Shown: positions 23,982-37,592 of the stretch, piece after piece | Layout of the letters: every line of letters begins with the position of its first letter | Position numbering within the stretch: the stretch's first letter is position 1 | Origin: Octopus vulgaris | Lineage: Eukaryota | Direction: 5' to 3' | NCBI GenBank assembly: GCA_951406725.2 | Contig: OX597818.1 | Location: 10,912,001-10,976,000 of the forward strand | Length of the DNA: 64,000 nt | The notes under the pieces: generated by a model | Database searches by the model: none | What the model saw: the letters and a program-made list of their open reading frames with translations, nothing else | What the model was told of the DNA's origin: nothing | Program-made: the position numbers and the translations under genes

Positions 23982-24589
23982 AAGTCTAGAGCAGCAGAAG
24001 CAAACAGCATGTGCACAAGAACATGCTGGGTGCATCTGTGCTGAGAAAAAGAAATAAAAACTGTTTACTAATCCATTGGTATGCAACTTACATTAAATTA
24101 CTAGTTTTCTGTATTAAGTTTTTGACCTTTTTTTCATGTGAGTTTTGAGAGACTTCAGCTAAAAGGAGTTTCAAATATAATTAGTAAGCAACGGGTTCCC
24201 CACTCCCTGTTTAAAGAATTGTCCATTGGTTCAGGCGACAAAATTGGTTGGTATAATTTGCTGTGGGCTGTAGTTTCAACTCTGTAGAATTTGCATCTTT
24301 CATTGGTTCACAGAACTGATTTCAGTTCTTTCAGTGGGCTAAATTACTTGCAATAGAGTAGAGAAATGTGTGTGTGTGTGTGTGCAAATATGTGTTTATG
24401 TGTGTATTTTCATGTTTGCTTTATATATATATAGATTTACTGACATAGGCGATGTTACAGTGATGTAATCCTGCTTTGGTGGTTAGCACACCTACATAGT
24501 TTACAGAAGACATACCATTTGAGTCCCATAGGCAGTGTTACAATTTCTCTCAGTCATCATCCATATTATTTATATATATATATATATAT

Positions 24590-24797
24590 TGGTTTCAAAT
24601 TTTGGTACAGGGGTCGGGGAGGGACTAAGTTGTTCTCATTGACCCCCTGTACTTGATTGGTACTTATTTTATTGACCCCAAAAGGATGAAAGGCAAAGTC
24701 AACACTGGCAAAAGTTGATCGTAGAACATAAAGACAGAGATGAAAGACTGCTTAAATATTTTGCCTGGCGTGCTAACGATTCTGCCAGCTCACCCGT
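24590..24797 (-). mobile_element. SINE family B copy
   Basis: AAAGGATGAAAGGCAAAGTCAAC..GCGTGCTAACGATTCTGCCAGCTCAC. Confidence 0.8.
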
Positions 24798-25217
24798 CTT
24801 CAAGTTTTATCTTTTTTTTATATTTTTCATATCTTTATTAGTCCTTTATATTTGGTTTGGAACAACAATGTTCTGAAATTCACTAGTCTGTTTAGAGATT
24901 TTCAGTCAATTAAATTAACTGTTGTTATGGCATGTAATACATGAACTATGGAGTAAGTTGTAAAAGGACTTGGGAAAACACACACACATTATGTGTTGAC
25001 AGACCACTCTGAGTCTCACTCTTGGCTGGGTTGTTCATCATTGTCGTAAGCAGCCTAGCTAAGGGTGAAACTCAGAGTAGACTGCCAACTTTGATGCAAT
25101 CAACATATATTTATTCACTTTACCCAGCTTATTGAGTTCTATACCAAATAATGTTTGCACTATGTAAAATATGTTATTGATATATTCTACTACTGTTAAA
25201 TACACACACACACACAC

Positions 25218-25281
<64 letters not shown>

Positions 25282-25748
25282 ACACACATATTCCCTTGCG
25301 TAAAGATATTGGGATCGTGGTGATGATGATAATGTTGATGTCTGATGTGATAATTCAGGAGCTACAATATTAATAGTAATAGCAGCAGTAGTTAGTGGTA
25401 GTAGTAAATATGTTGATAAATGTAGCCTGATCTTCTGAGAAACAAAATATCTCCAGGGTAGGATATGTGTGAAGAGAGATATTTTCCCAGACACTGTTCA
25501 CTTCACTTTTGCTCTTTTTTTGTTTAGTTTTGTTGATGTTATTGTTGTTTATATTCCTTTACAGTTCTGGTAACTATAGACGAAAATGGAGTATTTCATG
25601 GCTGGATGCAGAAACTCTCTTTCTCTCTGACACATACACACAAACACCTAGCTATGTGGCCAAAACCAATTTAAGAAATATATGTATATCTATATATGTG
25701 TGTATGTGTATATATGTGTGTGTGTGTTTGGGTATGTATGAATATATA

Positions 25749-26132
25749 GGCACAGGCATGGCTGTGTGGTAAGAAACTTGCTTCACAATAACATGGTTCT
25801 TGGTTCAGTCCCACTACATAGCACCTTAGACAAGGTGTTGATCAAGGCCTTGTGAGTGGATTTAGTAGAGAGAAACTGAAAGAAACCCATCGTATGTGTA
25901 TATATATATATCTATCTGTGTGTCCTTCTGTCTGTGTTTGTTCTCCACCACCATTTGACAACTGGTACTGGTGTGTTTATGTCCCTGTAACTTGGCAGTT
26001 TGGCAAAAGAATCCAATAGAATAAATGCCTGGCTTAACAAATAAGTCCTGGGGTCAATTCAATCTACTAAAAAATTCTCCAAAGTGGTGCCCCAGCATGG
26101 GCAGAGTCTAATGACTGAAACAAAAAATAAAA
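25749..26132 (+). mobile_element. SINE family A, full length (tRNA-like head, central microsatellite)
   Basis: A box TGGCTGTGTGG, B box GGTTCAGTCCC, GTGAGTGGATTT..GAAACTGAAAGAA, tail CCAGCATGG..ATGACTGAAACAA. Confidence 0.85.
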
Positions 26133-26993
26133 GATGTGTGTATGTATGTGTGTCTTTGTGTGTGTGTGTGTATGTAGATATATATGTGTGTGTGTGTATG
26201 TAGATATATATATGTGTATATGCGTGTGTGTATATATGTATATGTATGTATAAACATACACTTATGTTTATCAGTGTACATATTTACACACACACACACA
26301 CACACACTCATGCACACACTTTTATACATTTGTGTGTGTGTGTGTGTGTGTGTGTCTGTGTGTGTGTGTGCTGATAGGGAAGGGAAAGAAAGAGTTGAGG
26401 AGAAAAGTGTGAGTGAATGATCAGAGGGTGGTGGAGGAAATGGAAATTTGTTCCAACAATATGTTACCACCCATTTGTCTAAATATCTCGATAAGGATGC
26501 ATGCATATATGCAAAGATATACTCTTGCATGCATTTACAGCCACCATCTCACTCTCACACATATACACACATCACTACCTCCCACAAACGCATTTATATA
26601 CTTAGCCATATTTACACATGCATACGCATACATGTAGGAAAAGTCTTTCACTCAGTTAGTTTCGCACCTTTACATGCTTGTACATGTATCTATGCGTGTA
26701 TGTGTCTATGGTGTGTATGTAAGTTTGTTATTGTTTGTATGTGTGTATTATTGTGCGTGTATGTGTGTGACTGTAATGCCCTTCCACATATCTTTGTACA
26801 AATCCATAACTCCATGATTTGCAGTGGAAATCATGTAGGGATCGTCTATTGGTTTCCTGGAAATTCTTTAGAAATGATTGACTTCATTTGACACGAGTTT
26901 GATGCTTTTGTTTAGCCCTAGGTCTACCATGATCAAGAATAAGTACATGTATGGTGCAGGAGCAATGGATTGGCATAAGTAATAGATCAGAAG

Positions 26994-27435
26994 TAGGTGG
27001 CAAGCTGGCAGAAACGTTATCATGCTGGGCGAAATGCTTAGTATTTCGTCTGCCACTACGTTCTGAGTTCAAATTTCGCTGAGGTCGACTTTGCCTTTCA
27101 TCCTTTCAGGGTCATTTAGATAAGTACCAGTTACTCACTGGGGTCGATATAATCGACATAATCCGTTTGTCTCTCCGTGTGCTGCTCCCCATCCACCTAC
27201 TTGAGAAAGTGAAGTTACCTGTGTCTATCTGGCAGCTAAAACAACTAAGCATGAGATGAAACTCAATGTCCATGTTTCCAAATTCTTGCTACAGAACGAA
27301 CTTCTTTGACGGTAGACAATTTGTTGGGATAAGTACCAGTTACTCACTGGGGTCGATATAATCGACATAATCAGTTTGTCTCTCTGTGTTTGTCCCCGCT
27401 GTGTGTAGCCCCTTGTGGGCAGTAAAGAAATAAGA
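26994..27435 (+). mobile_element. SINE family B copy with internal duplication and insertion
   Basis: AGCTGGCAGAAACGTTA.., B box GAGTTCAAATTTC, GAGGTCGACTTTGCCTTTCATCCTTTC; interrupted at 27181-27327. Confidence 0.85.
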
Positions 27436-28215
27436 AGTAGTAGATCATTGGAAAAAATGTGTGGTTCAGGGGTGACATTTGGAAGAAAATGTAGAACATT
27501 AAATAAGAAGTATAAAAAAATAACACTCTGTAGTTTTTAGTTGCTTCACTTTACTGTTTGATTCCAAATTCAAACGACTTTACCTTTCAGCTGCCACAGT
27601 TCATAAAATAAATACCAGTTAAATATACTAGAGTTGAACTTTTCCCTTTCCCCAAATGTATAGCCTCGTGCCTGCTTACATCAGAAACCCTTAATTCTTT
27701 CATTCACTGTCTACTGACTTGTGAATTTATGTCAAACAGCTGTTGACATGGGATAGATTTAGCTACCATGCAAAGTCCATCATGAGGATTGCTCCATAGT
27801 CTTCTTTCAGTTGAGAAGAGCAGGTAATTTTCCAACAAAGACTGTATGATGAGCAAGATTGAAAGGACTGAAGATAAACACTTCTCTCTTAAGTGAAACA
27901 CTCACTGACAAAGAGAGGAACATGAGAGTGGAGGGTGAAATGTTGCTTTTTATAAATCACTGTATTGATCCTAATTATTTTAGTAATTTACTTTGCTTTG
28001 TCCATTTACCCAGTGCCTTTATAGTGTTGTTCTTGTCGTTATTGTTGTCAATGTTTTGTGGCCAAATCTAGAGTCAGATTAGCATATGTTACAAACTGCC
28101 AAGAACATATAATTCTTCAGCCAAAACTGACCAGCTTGTGTAACGCACTGTCAGTAATATCAAGTAATCCCCATCTCCATTGAGAATGGATTTTTTTGTG
28201 TAATAAACCTGTCAG

Positions 28216-28538
28216 AGAAGACATGTGGCTTAGTGGTTAGGGGTATTCAGCTCATGATTGTAAGGTTGTGAGTTCAATTCCTGGTGATGTGTTGTGTCCT
28301 TGAGCAAGACACTTTATTTCATGTTACCCCAGTTCACTCAGCTGGTAAAAATGAGCAGTACCTGTATTTCAAAGGGCCAACCATGTCACTCTCTGTGTCA
28401 TACTGAATCTCCCTGAGAAGTACATTAAGGGTACACATGTCTGTGGAGTGCTCAGCTACATGCATATTAATTTTACAAGCAGGTTGTTCCATTGATTGGA
28501 TCAACTGGATCTCTTGTAGTTGTAACTGACTGAGTACC
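28216..28538 (+). mobile_element. SINE family C, full length
   Basis: A box TGGCTTAGTGG, B box GAGTTCAATTCC, GTGTCCTTGAGCAAGACACTT; TSD AAACCTGTCAG (28205-28215) / AAACTTGTCAG (28539-28549). Confidence 0.88.
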
Positions 28539-30537
28539 AAACTTGTCAGTAACAGCAGTTAACTCCCCTCCTTGGCTGTTCATATGAGATTTCAGAAGAA
28601 GGACAATATCCATAATCTGTGCTGCTCCCCATCCACCTACTTGAGAAAGTGAAGTTACCTGTGTCTATCTGGCAGCTAATGTCTGCAGAAAAACATCTAA
28701 GCATGAGATGAAACTCAATGTCCATGTTTCCAAATTCTTGCTACAGAATGAACTTCTTTGACGGTAGACAATTTGTTGGGATTATTGTACCAATCAGTAT
28801 CGTTAAGCCTACTCCTCAAGATTAAAGTTTCCCCGAGTTTTGGGATGATGATGTTGTTATACCAATCAATGTATTAAACCTACCATTCAGCAATAAACAT
28901 ACCCAAAGAAGAGAAGTGGAGTTAGATCTACCACCTACACTAAGTTATCCAAGAACCAGATGGTATTGTTAAACCGGGTTGTTTATTAGGCCAGTTAGAT
29001 ACTGGTTAATTTTGTGTTGACCTCCAACCCACTGCAAATAAATCTTTTTGGTGACTTTTTTTTTTTTTTTGCTCCTTCTCCCCCAAAAGTTTTGAAGACA
29101 AATGACTCCAACCTCAATCAATCTCAGTAACAACACGATTTTGAGATTTCAAAAATTAAGATATTTTCTTGGTCAGCTCTGACTGAGCAAACCTATGATC
29201 AAATGTATTACAGCAGAAATCATCTTGTTTTTCTACTATGCACTGGAATTCCTTGAGCACATTATCCAGCATGTCCATTTTTAAATGGTGGAGTATAATT
29301 CAAGTGAGATTTGGCTGATGTTTCTAGCGGTCAAGTGGCCATGTAGAGGCTCCATGTTGGCTCATTGTGAGCTATATTGATGTGGTCAGGTGGGTTGACA
29401 AATGTTTTAACATTGACAGCAAAGACAAAGGGTAGGTTGATGTCAGGGTTACAAGTGTGATGATGGTTATCATGATAGCAATGATGTTTGAAGTTATATA
29501 CTAATTCTGATGGTAGTGGTTATAATGGTGGTGAGGTTGAGGATGATGGCTATACTGATTGTATAATTATTGAGATGCAGGTAATGATTATAACAGTGAT
29601 GATGATGATGGTGATGATGATTACAATAACTATGCCAATGGTGGCAATGATGTCATGCTTTTATATGATGATGCTGATGAAATTAGTGAATGTGATGCTA
29701 GAGATGATGATGATGATGATGAAATCATTCAATATACAATGATGATATAATGATGGCTGTGTTATGTTGATGATGATGACAAGAATAACGAGAAGTTTAC
29801 TGTTTAAGGAAAAACAAACGACGAAAAATGGAACAACTTGGAGCAGGTTTTTTTCTTTTACCTTTTTTTTCTTTATTCTTTTTTATTTCTTTTGTTTTTT
29901 GTTTTTTATTATAAATGTGTTGAAACACAATATGCCAAAGTTCTGTGGTGGAATTGGTGTGCAAAACTCTTCTGTTAATGATGACCACAGCTATAGTAAT
30001 GGCATCCACAAGGCCAATTATGATTCATCATCAGTTGTCTATGCAGCATCTGTATAAAATTCCTATGTTATCCATCTATTGGCATCCCTTTTGGGACATG
30101 GCAGTTACAGCTGTATCCTTTTACCATTTAGAATTGTAGAACTGTAAGTTGTGGTGCTGGTGGTGGAGGAAGTGGTGTTAGGTCTGGTGATGATTCTGGT
30201 GTTAATACTGGGGTTAATAGTGGTGGTGGTAGTGGTGGTGGTGGCAGTGGTGGTGTGATGATGTTATGCTGCTAGAGTGATAGTAGTGGTGGTGATTGTG
30301 GCGTGTCAGTGCTGGTGGTTCTTATACTGGTGGTATTGGTGGTGGTTGTGCTTGTGGCAGTAGTTGTAGTTGGAATGGCACTGGTAGTGTTGGTGGTGAT
30401 GTTGATGGTGGTGGTGGTGGTAGTGGTGGTCTGTTACTAGAAACACAACAGAACACACACTTGCACACAGGATTTTCCTTCTCCCTTACACTTTTTATCT
30501 GTCTCTCTCCCTTCCTCCTCTCAATCTCTCTCTTTCT

Positions 30538-30937
30538 CACACACACACACCCACACACACACACCCACACACACACACACACCACACACACACACACACA
30601 CACGTGTTTGTATACAAAAAAAAAAAAGAAGGAAAGTGATAAAATGCAACGGTTCTCCAGAAAGATAACAACATCAAAAAACACACAGCAGACATATTCT
30701 TTCAAATGCCACTGTTCCTTCAGTTTTTCTTTTTTCCAAGACATTTTTTGGTAATTTTATTTTGTTTTCCTTCTACTGCAATAAACACATCTAACTCGGT
30801 AGGTTTCAACACCAGCGGCAGTTTTTTAACACATGGTAACTTGAATGAAGAAATTTACCAGTTTACAAAAACACAAATATACACACACACACCTACACAC
30901 ACACATATTATAGATAGATTTTGTGTATTTGTATGAA

Positions 30938-30969
<32 letters not shown>

Positions 30970-31016
30970 CATACACACACACATCTTCATATATGGATAT
31001 ATAGATACATGCATCC

Positions 31017-31055
<39 letters not shown>

Positions 31056-31545
31056 CATACATACATACACACATACATGCATACATACATACACACATAG
31101 TATATACTTACATACATGCACATTTGTGTGTATGTATAGAACTTTGACAAACATGTCAAATATAACGCAACTTCATTTGTCTAACCTGAGGCATATTTTA
31201 CAAAGCCGTTCAGCAAATATGTACATACATGGACATATACATATATATGTACACACACATATATATATGGATGTGTGTGTGTATATATATATATATCGTG
31301 TAGATGGATAGATGTGTGTATGTATATATATATACACACATATATATATATCATGTATATAGATGGATGTGGGTGTGTGTATGTGTGCGTATATATATAT
31401 ATTATAGACACACATAAACACATACATACATGCACATATACAGATTTACATATAGATATGAATGTATATATGTGCATATGTGTATATATCATGTATATAG
31501 ATGGCTGTATGTGTGCAAAACACACACACATATACACAGTAATAT
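30538..31545. repeat. Compound (CA)n/(TA)n/(TACA)n microsatellite region
   Basis: Directly visible; source of many spurious ORFs. Confidence 0.9.
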
Positions 31546-32655
31546 ACGTTAAAAAAATGCAAGTATTTAGATTGAAATAAAACTAAAGCAAAAAGCTGTA
31601 AACCCCAAATATATACATCTAAACTATAAATGTGATAAACTAAATATTTAAGCATTGAAGAATAGAATTGCTTACTGAAGGTGGTATTTATGTGTATATG
31701 GCATCTCTATTTACTTAGACAACCTAATTGAATCATACTTAGAGAAAATTTCCCACTAGTCTCAATCTCTCATGTTATGTCGCTAGTTCTCTCTCAGAAC
31801 TATTAATAATCTTCAGAAAGTTGTGTGAAAAACGGTGCCATTTTTGTGCTGATTGGTAGACTTTATTCACCATCTTTCCTCTCTCTCCTATCCTTCTGTG
31901 TGAGTGTGCGCACATGGACACACACATACACACACTGACTATTTGCAGAAGCTGACATTTCATTTTATAATACATCTCATAAGTTCCATGTCTCCGATCT
32001 TCAGACAAAATATGAATAGTCGTCAAAGAAATCCTTTATTTTGAATATATAGGAAAACCAAGATAAACAATAGCTTTTGATTGGGTGTAGAAGAGAATAA
32101 TTTTTAAAAATATGGATGAAAGATAAAAGTCATGGAAAAATAGTCATAAAAGGTAAATAATGATAAAAGAACAAAGAAATAATTATAGCAATAAAAAGTA
32201 ATAAAAAATATATATATTTATAAAATGTAAGCAATAAAAAGAACAAACATAGTTACAGAGTATGATAATGATTTTGGGAAGTGGAGTAGGGAGGAAGGAG
32301 AGTGTGGTTTGCTCTGCCTATTCACTGTTAAGCAGGAATTGTATGCAAAATTTCAAAGACAGCCAATATGTTTTTAGAAATGTGATCATTGAAGGCATTC
32401 TGATAATACATGCATATGAACACATGTGCTCATACATGATTTCTGCATATGAGCATGCTGTCGCATTCATGTGCATGCACTCATACACGCCACACATTCC
32501 CCCCCTCTCTCGCTCTCGTGTATGTAAAGTAGAAGGTAAATTGAAACAATGGTATTTCAGCCTTTTAACCCAAACGCCAACAAATTTATCCAACTATACT
32601 TGCAATTTGGAAGAATATACACAACTGATTCCAACATTAAATGGAAGATTTTCAA

Positions 32656-33037
32656 GGCACAGGAGTGGCTGTGTGGTAAGTAGCTTGCTTACCAACCACA
32701 TAGTTTCGGGTTCAGTCCCGCTGTGTGGCACCTTGGGCAAGTGTCTTCTACTATAGCCTCAGGCTGACCAAAGCCTTGTGAGTGGATTTGGTAGACGGAA
32801 ACTGAAAGAAGCCCATCATATATATGTATATATATGTGTGTGTGTTTCTATGTCTGTTTGTCCCCCCAACATTGCTTGACAACCCATGCTGGTGTGTTTA
32901 CATCCCTGTAACTTAGCGGTTCGGCAAAAGAAACCAATAGAATAAGTACCAGGCTTCCAACGAATAAGTCCTAGAGTCGATTTGCTCAACTAAAGGCGGT
33001 TCTCCAGCATGGCCGCAGTCAAATGACTGAAACAAGT
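32656..33037 (+). mobile_element. SINE family A, full length
   Basis: GGCACAGGAGTGGCTGTGTGGTAAGTAGCTTGC..GGGTTCAGTCCC..CACCTTGGGCAAGTG..AAATGACTGAAACAAG. Confidence 0.9.
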
Positions 33038-33834
33038 TTCTGAATCCATAAGGAACATACACGTGTGCACACACACACACACACACACACTGTTTTATAT
33101 ATTAAGATTAGTGGGATTTGCACCTAAAATATAGCTGCATGTCACAAAATAAATTTCAGTGTTCTTATTAATAATCACCTTAATGACTATGATGATGATG
33201 GCAGCAGTAACAGCAGAAGTGATGGCAATGATGATGATGATGATCTCATAGATCAGCTAGACTGCTCATCCACGTGCAGAATGTTCAATGATTCAGATTG
33301 TATTGGTATATTCAGTTAACTCAGAATGAATACTAAAAGTGCTATAACAATACACAGAAAATTTTGGCAGCAAATTTCTTTATACATGTACTGAAAAAAG
33401 TTATAACCATATTTGTGGGAAAGGAAATGTAAACCTTCAGAAATGCTGAAGTGACATTGTTGCAGGATTTTCACATATAAACTAAAAGAAGAGTAAAATA
33501 CAGCAGAATGGATATTGTACTCTTAAAAAAAAAAAACAAAAGAAAAGAAACTGTATAGTAATTGATATGGCATACCTATGTGACACTTGTTTTATTTAGC
33601 TGTGTCTTTTTACGTTCTGAGTTGAAATCTTGGTATCAATATCTGTTTTTAATCCATATGAAATCAATAAAAGGAATAGTAATCAAACCTTGACTTACAC
33701 CTTCCCAAAAATGTGGCCTTCTGCTAAAGAAAAATAAAGATTTGTCATCGTTATCATCCTCAAAAATAGTGGATGATAGGATTGGTAAAGTACTTAAAAA
33801 GAACTTCTATTTAAGGTTCTGTTCTGTTCTGAGT

Positions 33835-34166
33835 GTGAAGGCACATGGTTTAGTGACTAGGAGTACTCAGCTCACAATCGTGAGGTCGTGAGTTCAATAC
33901 CCAACAATGTGAAATAAGGTTTCTTGAACAAGACACTTTATTTCACATTCTTCTTGTCCACTCAGCTGGCAAAAATGAATTGTGCCTGTAATTCAAAGGA
34001 CCAGCCTTGTCACACTTCTGTGTGTCGTACTGAATCTTCCTGAGAACTACATTAAGGATACACACATCTGTGGAATGCTCAGCCACTTGCACATTAACTT
34101 CACAAGCAGGCTGTTCCATTGATCGGATCAACTGGAGCCCTTGTTGTTGCAACTGACAGAGTGCCA
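33835..34166 (+). mobile_element. SINE family C, full length
   Basis: Colinear with 28216-28538; TGTTCTGAGT on both flanks (33825, 34172). Confidence 0.88.
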
Positions 34167-34420
34167 ATTTATGTTCTGAGTTCAATTTGACACCAGAAAA
34201 AAAAACAAAAAAAACAACAGGAATTTCTTTTAATAAATGGTAAGAATTCTGATCAAAAGTGCTAAACTGTGGCTGGGAGGAAAATAAACTTGGTAAATAA
34301 GTAAGAGGAATCCCTAGCTGGTGACTGGAGGGAGACTGTCATCTCGACTATATGCTGCTGTAGCTACTGTTTGTTGATGGACTCTGGTGATGCCGTTATT
34401 CCATACTTTCTGATCCATTG

Positions 34421-34550
34421 CACAAGCTATAGTGGTTTGGTCATGTCTGCAGGATGAGCACCAGGAGACTACCATACCAACTTTTGTGGAGAATCAGCAC
34501 AGTGCACCAAAGAAGACATGGGTGAAACAAATTGAGGAGGACCTGAAATA
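34421..34550 (+). mobile_element. Old RTE-like LINE C-terminal fragment
   Basis: L*WFGHVCRMSTRRLPYQLL and PKKTWVKQIEEDLK. Confidence 0.65.
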
Positions 34551-36256
34551 AACTTGGTACCAGTTCAAATATGTCTGAGAGATATTTGAATCCATAGAAA
34601 GGCTTTTCACTACAGTTTATCATGGAGAATATTCATACTGTAGAGAAAAAAGGTGCAAAAATACCATGGTTGAGAGCACCCTCTAGTAGATTAGTGGATG
34701 TATGCATTTCTTCTCATCAGCACCAAATATCATATTATACCAAGATGATGTGTGAAATACTCAAATGTTGAAACAGAATTTGACAAGATCATGAAACTGC
34801 TTTCTTATTATAGGATCAATGACAAAACATCTGAGAACAAATTTCAAATCTTGCAAAACTTGATTTCAACCTGCAGGAAAAAGTCTTCTAGGTTCAGTAA
34901 GGATTATTTGAAAATTTGCTTGATAAAATGTGAGAACAGGTGTGAAAAACTGAAAAAAAAATCTAGACAAAATGTTGTTCATCCTAGATCACAAGTTATG
35001 GTTCAATAGGAAGCATAATTAAGCTGACCAAACACCAATTCTGTGAAACAGCAGAGCATAACAATAGTGATAAGGATAATAATACTACTAATAATAATGA
35101 TAATAATAAGAATAATAATTATTTCTGTATTGAAGTGGAAATTAAACACCATTGTAATGCTTACGCCTACAAAGTTTAATTGCTTTAAAAGAAAAATTTC
35201 CAACATTGAAAAGATTTATGAGTTTTAAAAAGCTTTCTCATGTAAAGTTTTTAATGTTAATCTGAAAGTAGAATCTTAAAATTCCAGATGGTGAAAATAC
35301 AACCACCTTACCCACTCTGGCATCACTTGCCATTAATCATTGTGTGTGTGCGTATTACTATTTTCTGTTTTTGTTTGAGGGGTATTGGTAATTTTTGATA
35401 TTTTGGAAATTAATTTGATGTAGTTGAAAACTAAAGGGAAGAAGTTATTTCATTTGCTGTTTGAAGTAAAAGTTGCTAATATGACTTCCAAATTAAAGTT
35501 CTAACAATTCTGGAAAAAGAATGCTAAAGAATAATTTTTTTCTCTCTAATTTTTTTTCCATAAGCCCCACTCCTAAAAAAGATTAAAAAAAAACTATCAT
35601 TCTAATTTCATTGTTTTGTTATTGTCTGGAACTTGCATTTTCTTACCCAGTGTGCATTTTCTTATATTTGTGCCTTCTTTGTATAGAACACACACGTGTG
35701 TGTATAAGGTGGCAAATTGACAGTATCATTAGAACTTCCGATACAATATCTTGTGGTGTTTATTTCAACTCACTATGCTTTGTATATTTAAATCTCATCA
35801 AGTTTAACATTGTTTTTCATCCTTTTGGGACCAGAAAATAACATACTGGTCCAGGGCAGTAGATTGGTATCAGAAGAGATATTGTGAGGTAACTGTTCTG
35901 ACTTACAGTGTTCTGTGTTCAAATTCTCCATGTTGCTTAAATTCCATCAATAGTAAGGTTGGCATCTCTTAACAAGCCCAATGTGAAAAAGAGAACCCAC
36001 TGCACTAAATTGGCATGGATTTGTAAGAATCCTATGCTTCTAGGATTTTCATTTTTTTGTGCATACATTTATGTGTGTTTATATAGTCCTAAATATAACA
36101 TGTCTGAATAATAGACAGAATAATTATGGCTGGTATATCTTTGATCATAGGTCTACTGTGTCAAAACTGATCTGGAACTAACATACAACAAAGAAGGACA
36201 AATTTAATAATGTAATCTTAGATACACCTTAGGAATGACTGTGTGGTAAGTAGCCA

Positions 36257-37275
36257 GGTGTAGGAGTGGCTGTGTGGTAAGTAGCTTGCTTACCAACCAC
36301 ATGGTTCCGGGTTCAGTCCCACTGCGTGGCACCTTGGGCAAGTGTCATCTACTATAGCCTCGGGCCGACCAAAGCCTTGTGAGTGGATTTGGTAGACAGA
36401 AACTGAAAGAAGCCCATCGTATGTATGTGGCCTATGCCAGGAGCATAACCAGCTCGCTTGTGCGTAGCTTTTCTTTCTTTGGTCACTAAACTTTGCTTGC
36501 GAAGACCTGTTGTGGCAAGTGAAATCAAAATCATTTCGATGACTGGCATCCGTGCTAGTGGGGTGCAAAGAGCACCATACGAGTGTGATCATTGACAGAG
36601 AGGCTATTCGAGTATGATCGTTACCAGTGTCGCCTTACTGGCACTTATGCCTGTGCTAGTAGGGTGACAAGAACACCATCTGAACGTGATCGTTGTGATC
36701 ATTGCCAGAACAGCCAACTGGCTTCCGTACCCGTGGCACGTAAAAGGGCACCATTCGAGCTTGATCGTTACCAACGTCACTTCACTGGCACCTGTGTCGG
36801 TGGCACATGTAAAAAGATTCGAGCGAGGTCATTGCCAGTACCGCCTGACTGGCCCCCATGCAGGTGGCACGTAAAAAGCACCCACAACACTCTTGGAGTG
36901 GTTGGCATTAGGAAGGGCATCCAGCTGTAGAAACTCTGCCAGATCAAGACTGGAGCAGCCATCTGGTTGCTTCAGTCTTGATCTGGTTGCCAGCCCTCAG
37001 TCAAAACCGTCCAACCCATGCTAGCATGGAAAACGGACGTTAAACGATGATGATGATGATGTACATGTGTGTATCTGTGTTTGTCCCCCCAACATCACTT
37101 GACAACCGATGCTGGTGTGTTTATGTCCCCGTAACTTAGCGGTTCGGCAAAAGAGACCGATAAAATAAGTACTAGGCTTACAAGGAATAAGTCCTGTGGT
37201 CTATTTACTCAACTAAAGGCGGTGCTTCAGCATGGCCACAGTTAAATGACTGAAACAAGTAAAAGAGTAAAAGAG
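36257..37275 (+). mobile_element. SINE family A split by an RTE 3'-UTR insertion
   Basis: Head 36257-36426 and tail 37062-37275 join to give a sequence colinear with 32656-33037. Confidence 0.88.
36427..37061 (+). mobile_element. RTE 3' UTR-only copy (related subfamily) with (GAT)5 tail
   Basis: GCTTGCGAAGACCTGTTGTGGCAAGTGA, GGTGGCACGTAAAAAGCACCC and CCGTCCAACCCATGCTAGCATGGAAAACGGACG match 8975-9593. Confidence 0.85.
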
Positions 37276-37592
37276 ACACCATATCTGAATAAAAGATGAG
37301 ATGATCATAGCTGATATATCTTTGTGCATAGGCCTACCAGATTCGGGCTTACTTGGGGCTAAACTACAACAATATATGCCAACAATAAAGCAAGAAAACA
37401 TTGGATGGAATCTTAGATACCCTATGTCTAAATAAAAAATAAGATGGTCATAACTGGTATATTTTTAATCCTTTGTCTGCTGGATGACGGTTTTCCTAGA
37501 GTTGAACAATGATATCATTATCATCATCATAAGCAACAGGCAATGCAGTGCAGGCATGGCAGCATGATTAAAAAATTCGCAACTATAATATT

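Noticed and set aside
28216-28290. tRNA genes (also at SINE A and B heads)
   Set aside because: A/B boxes are present but there is no complete cloverleaf, and each continues into a shared SINE body.
26067-31655. Many 60-150 aa ORFs rich in H/T, C/V, Y/I, M or G
   Set aside because: Translations of CA, TA, GAT and GGT microsatellites.
34766-34870. Imperfect ~30-bp inverted repeat
   Set aside because: Too degenerate to assign; probably a MITE relic.
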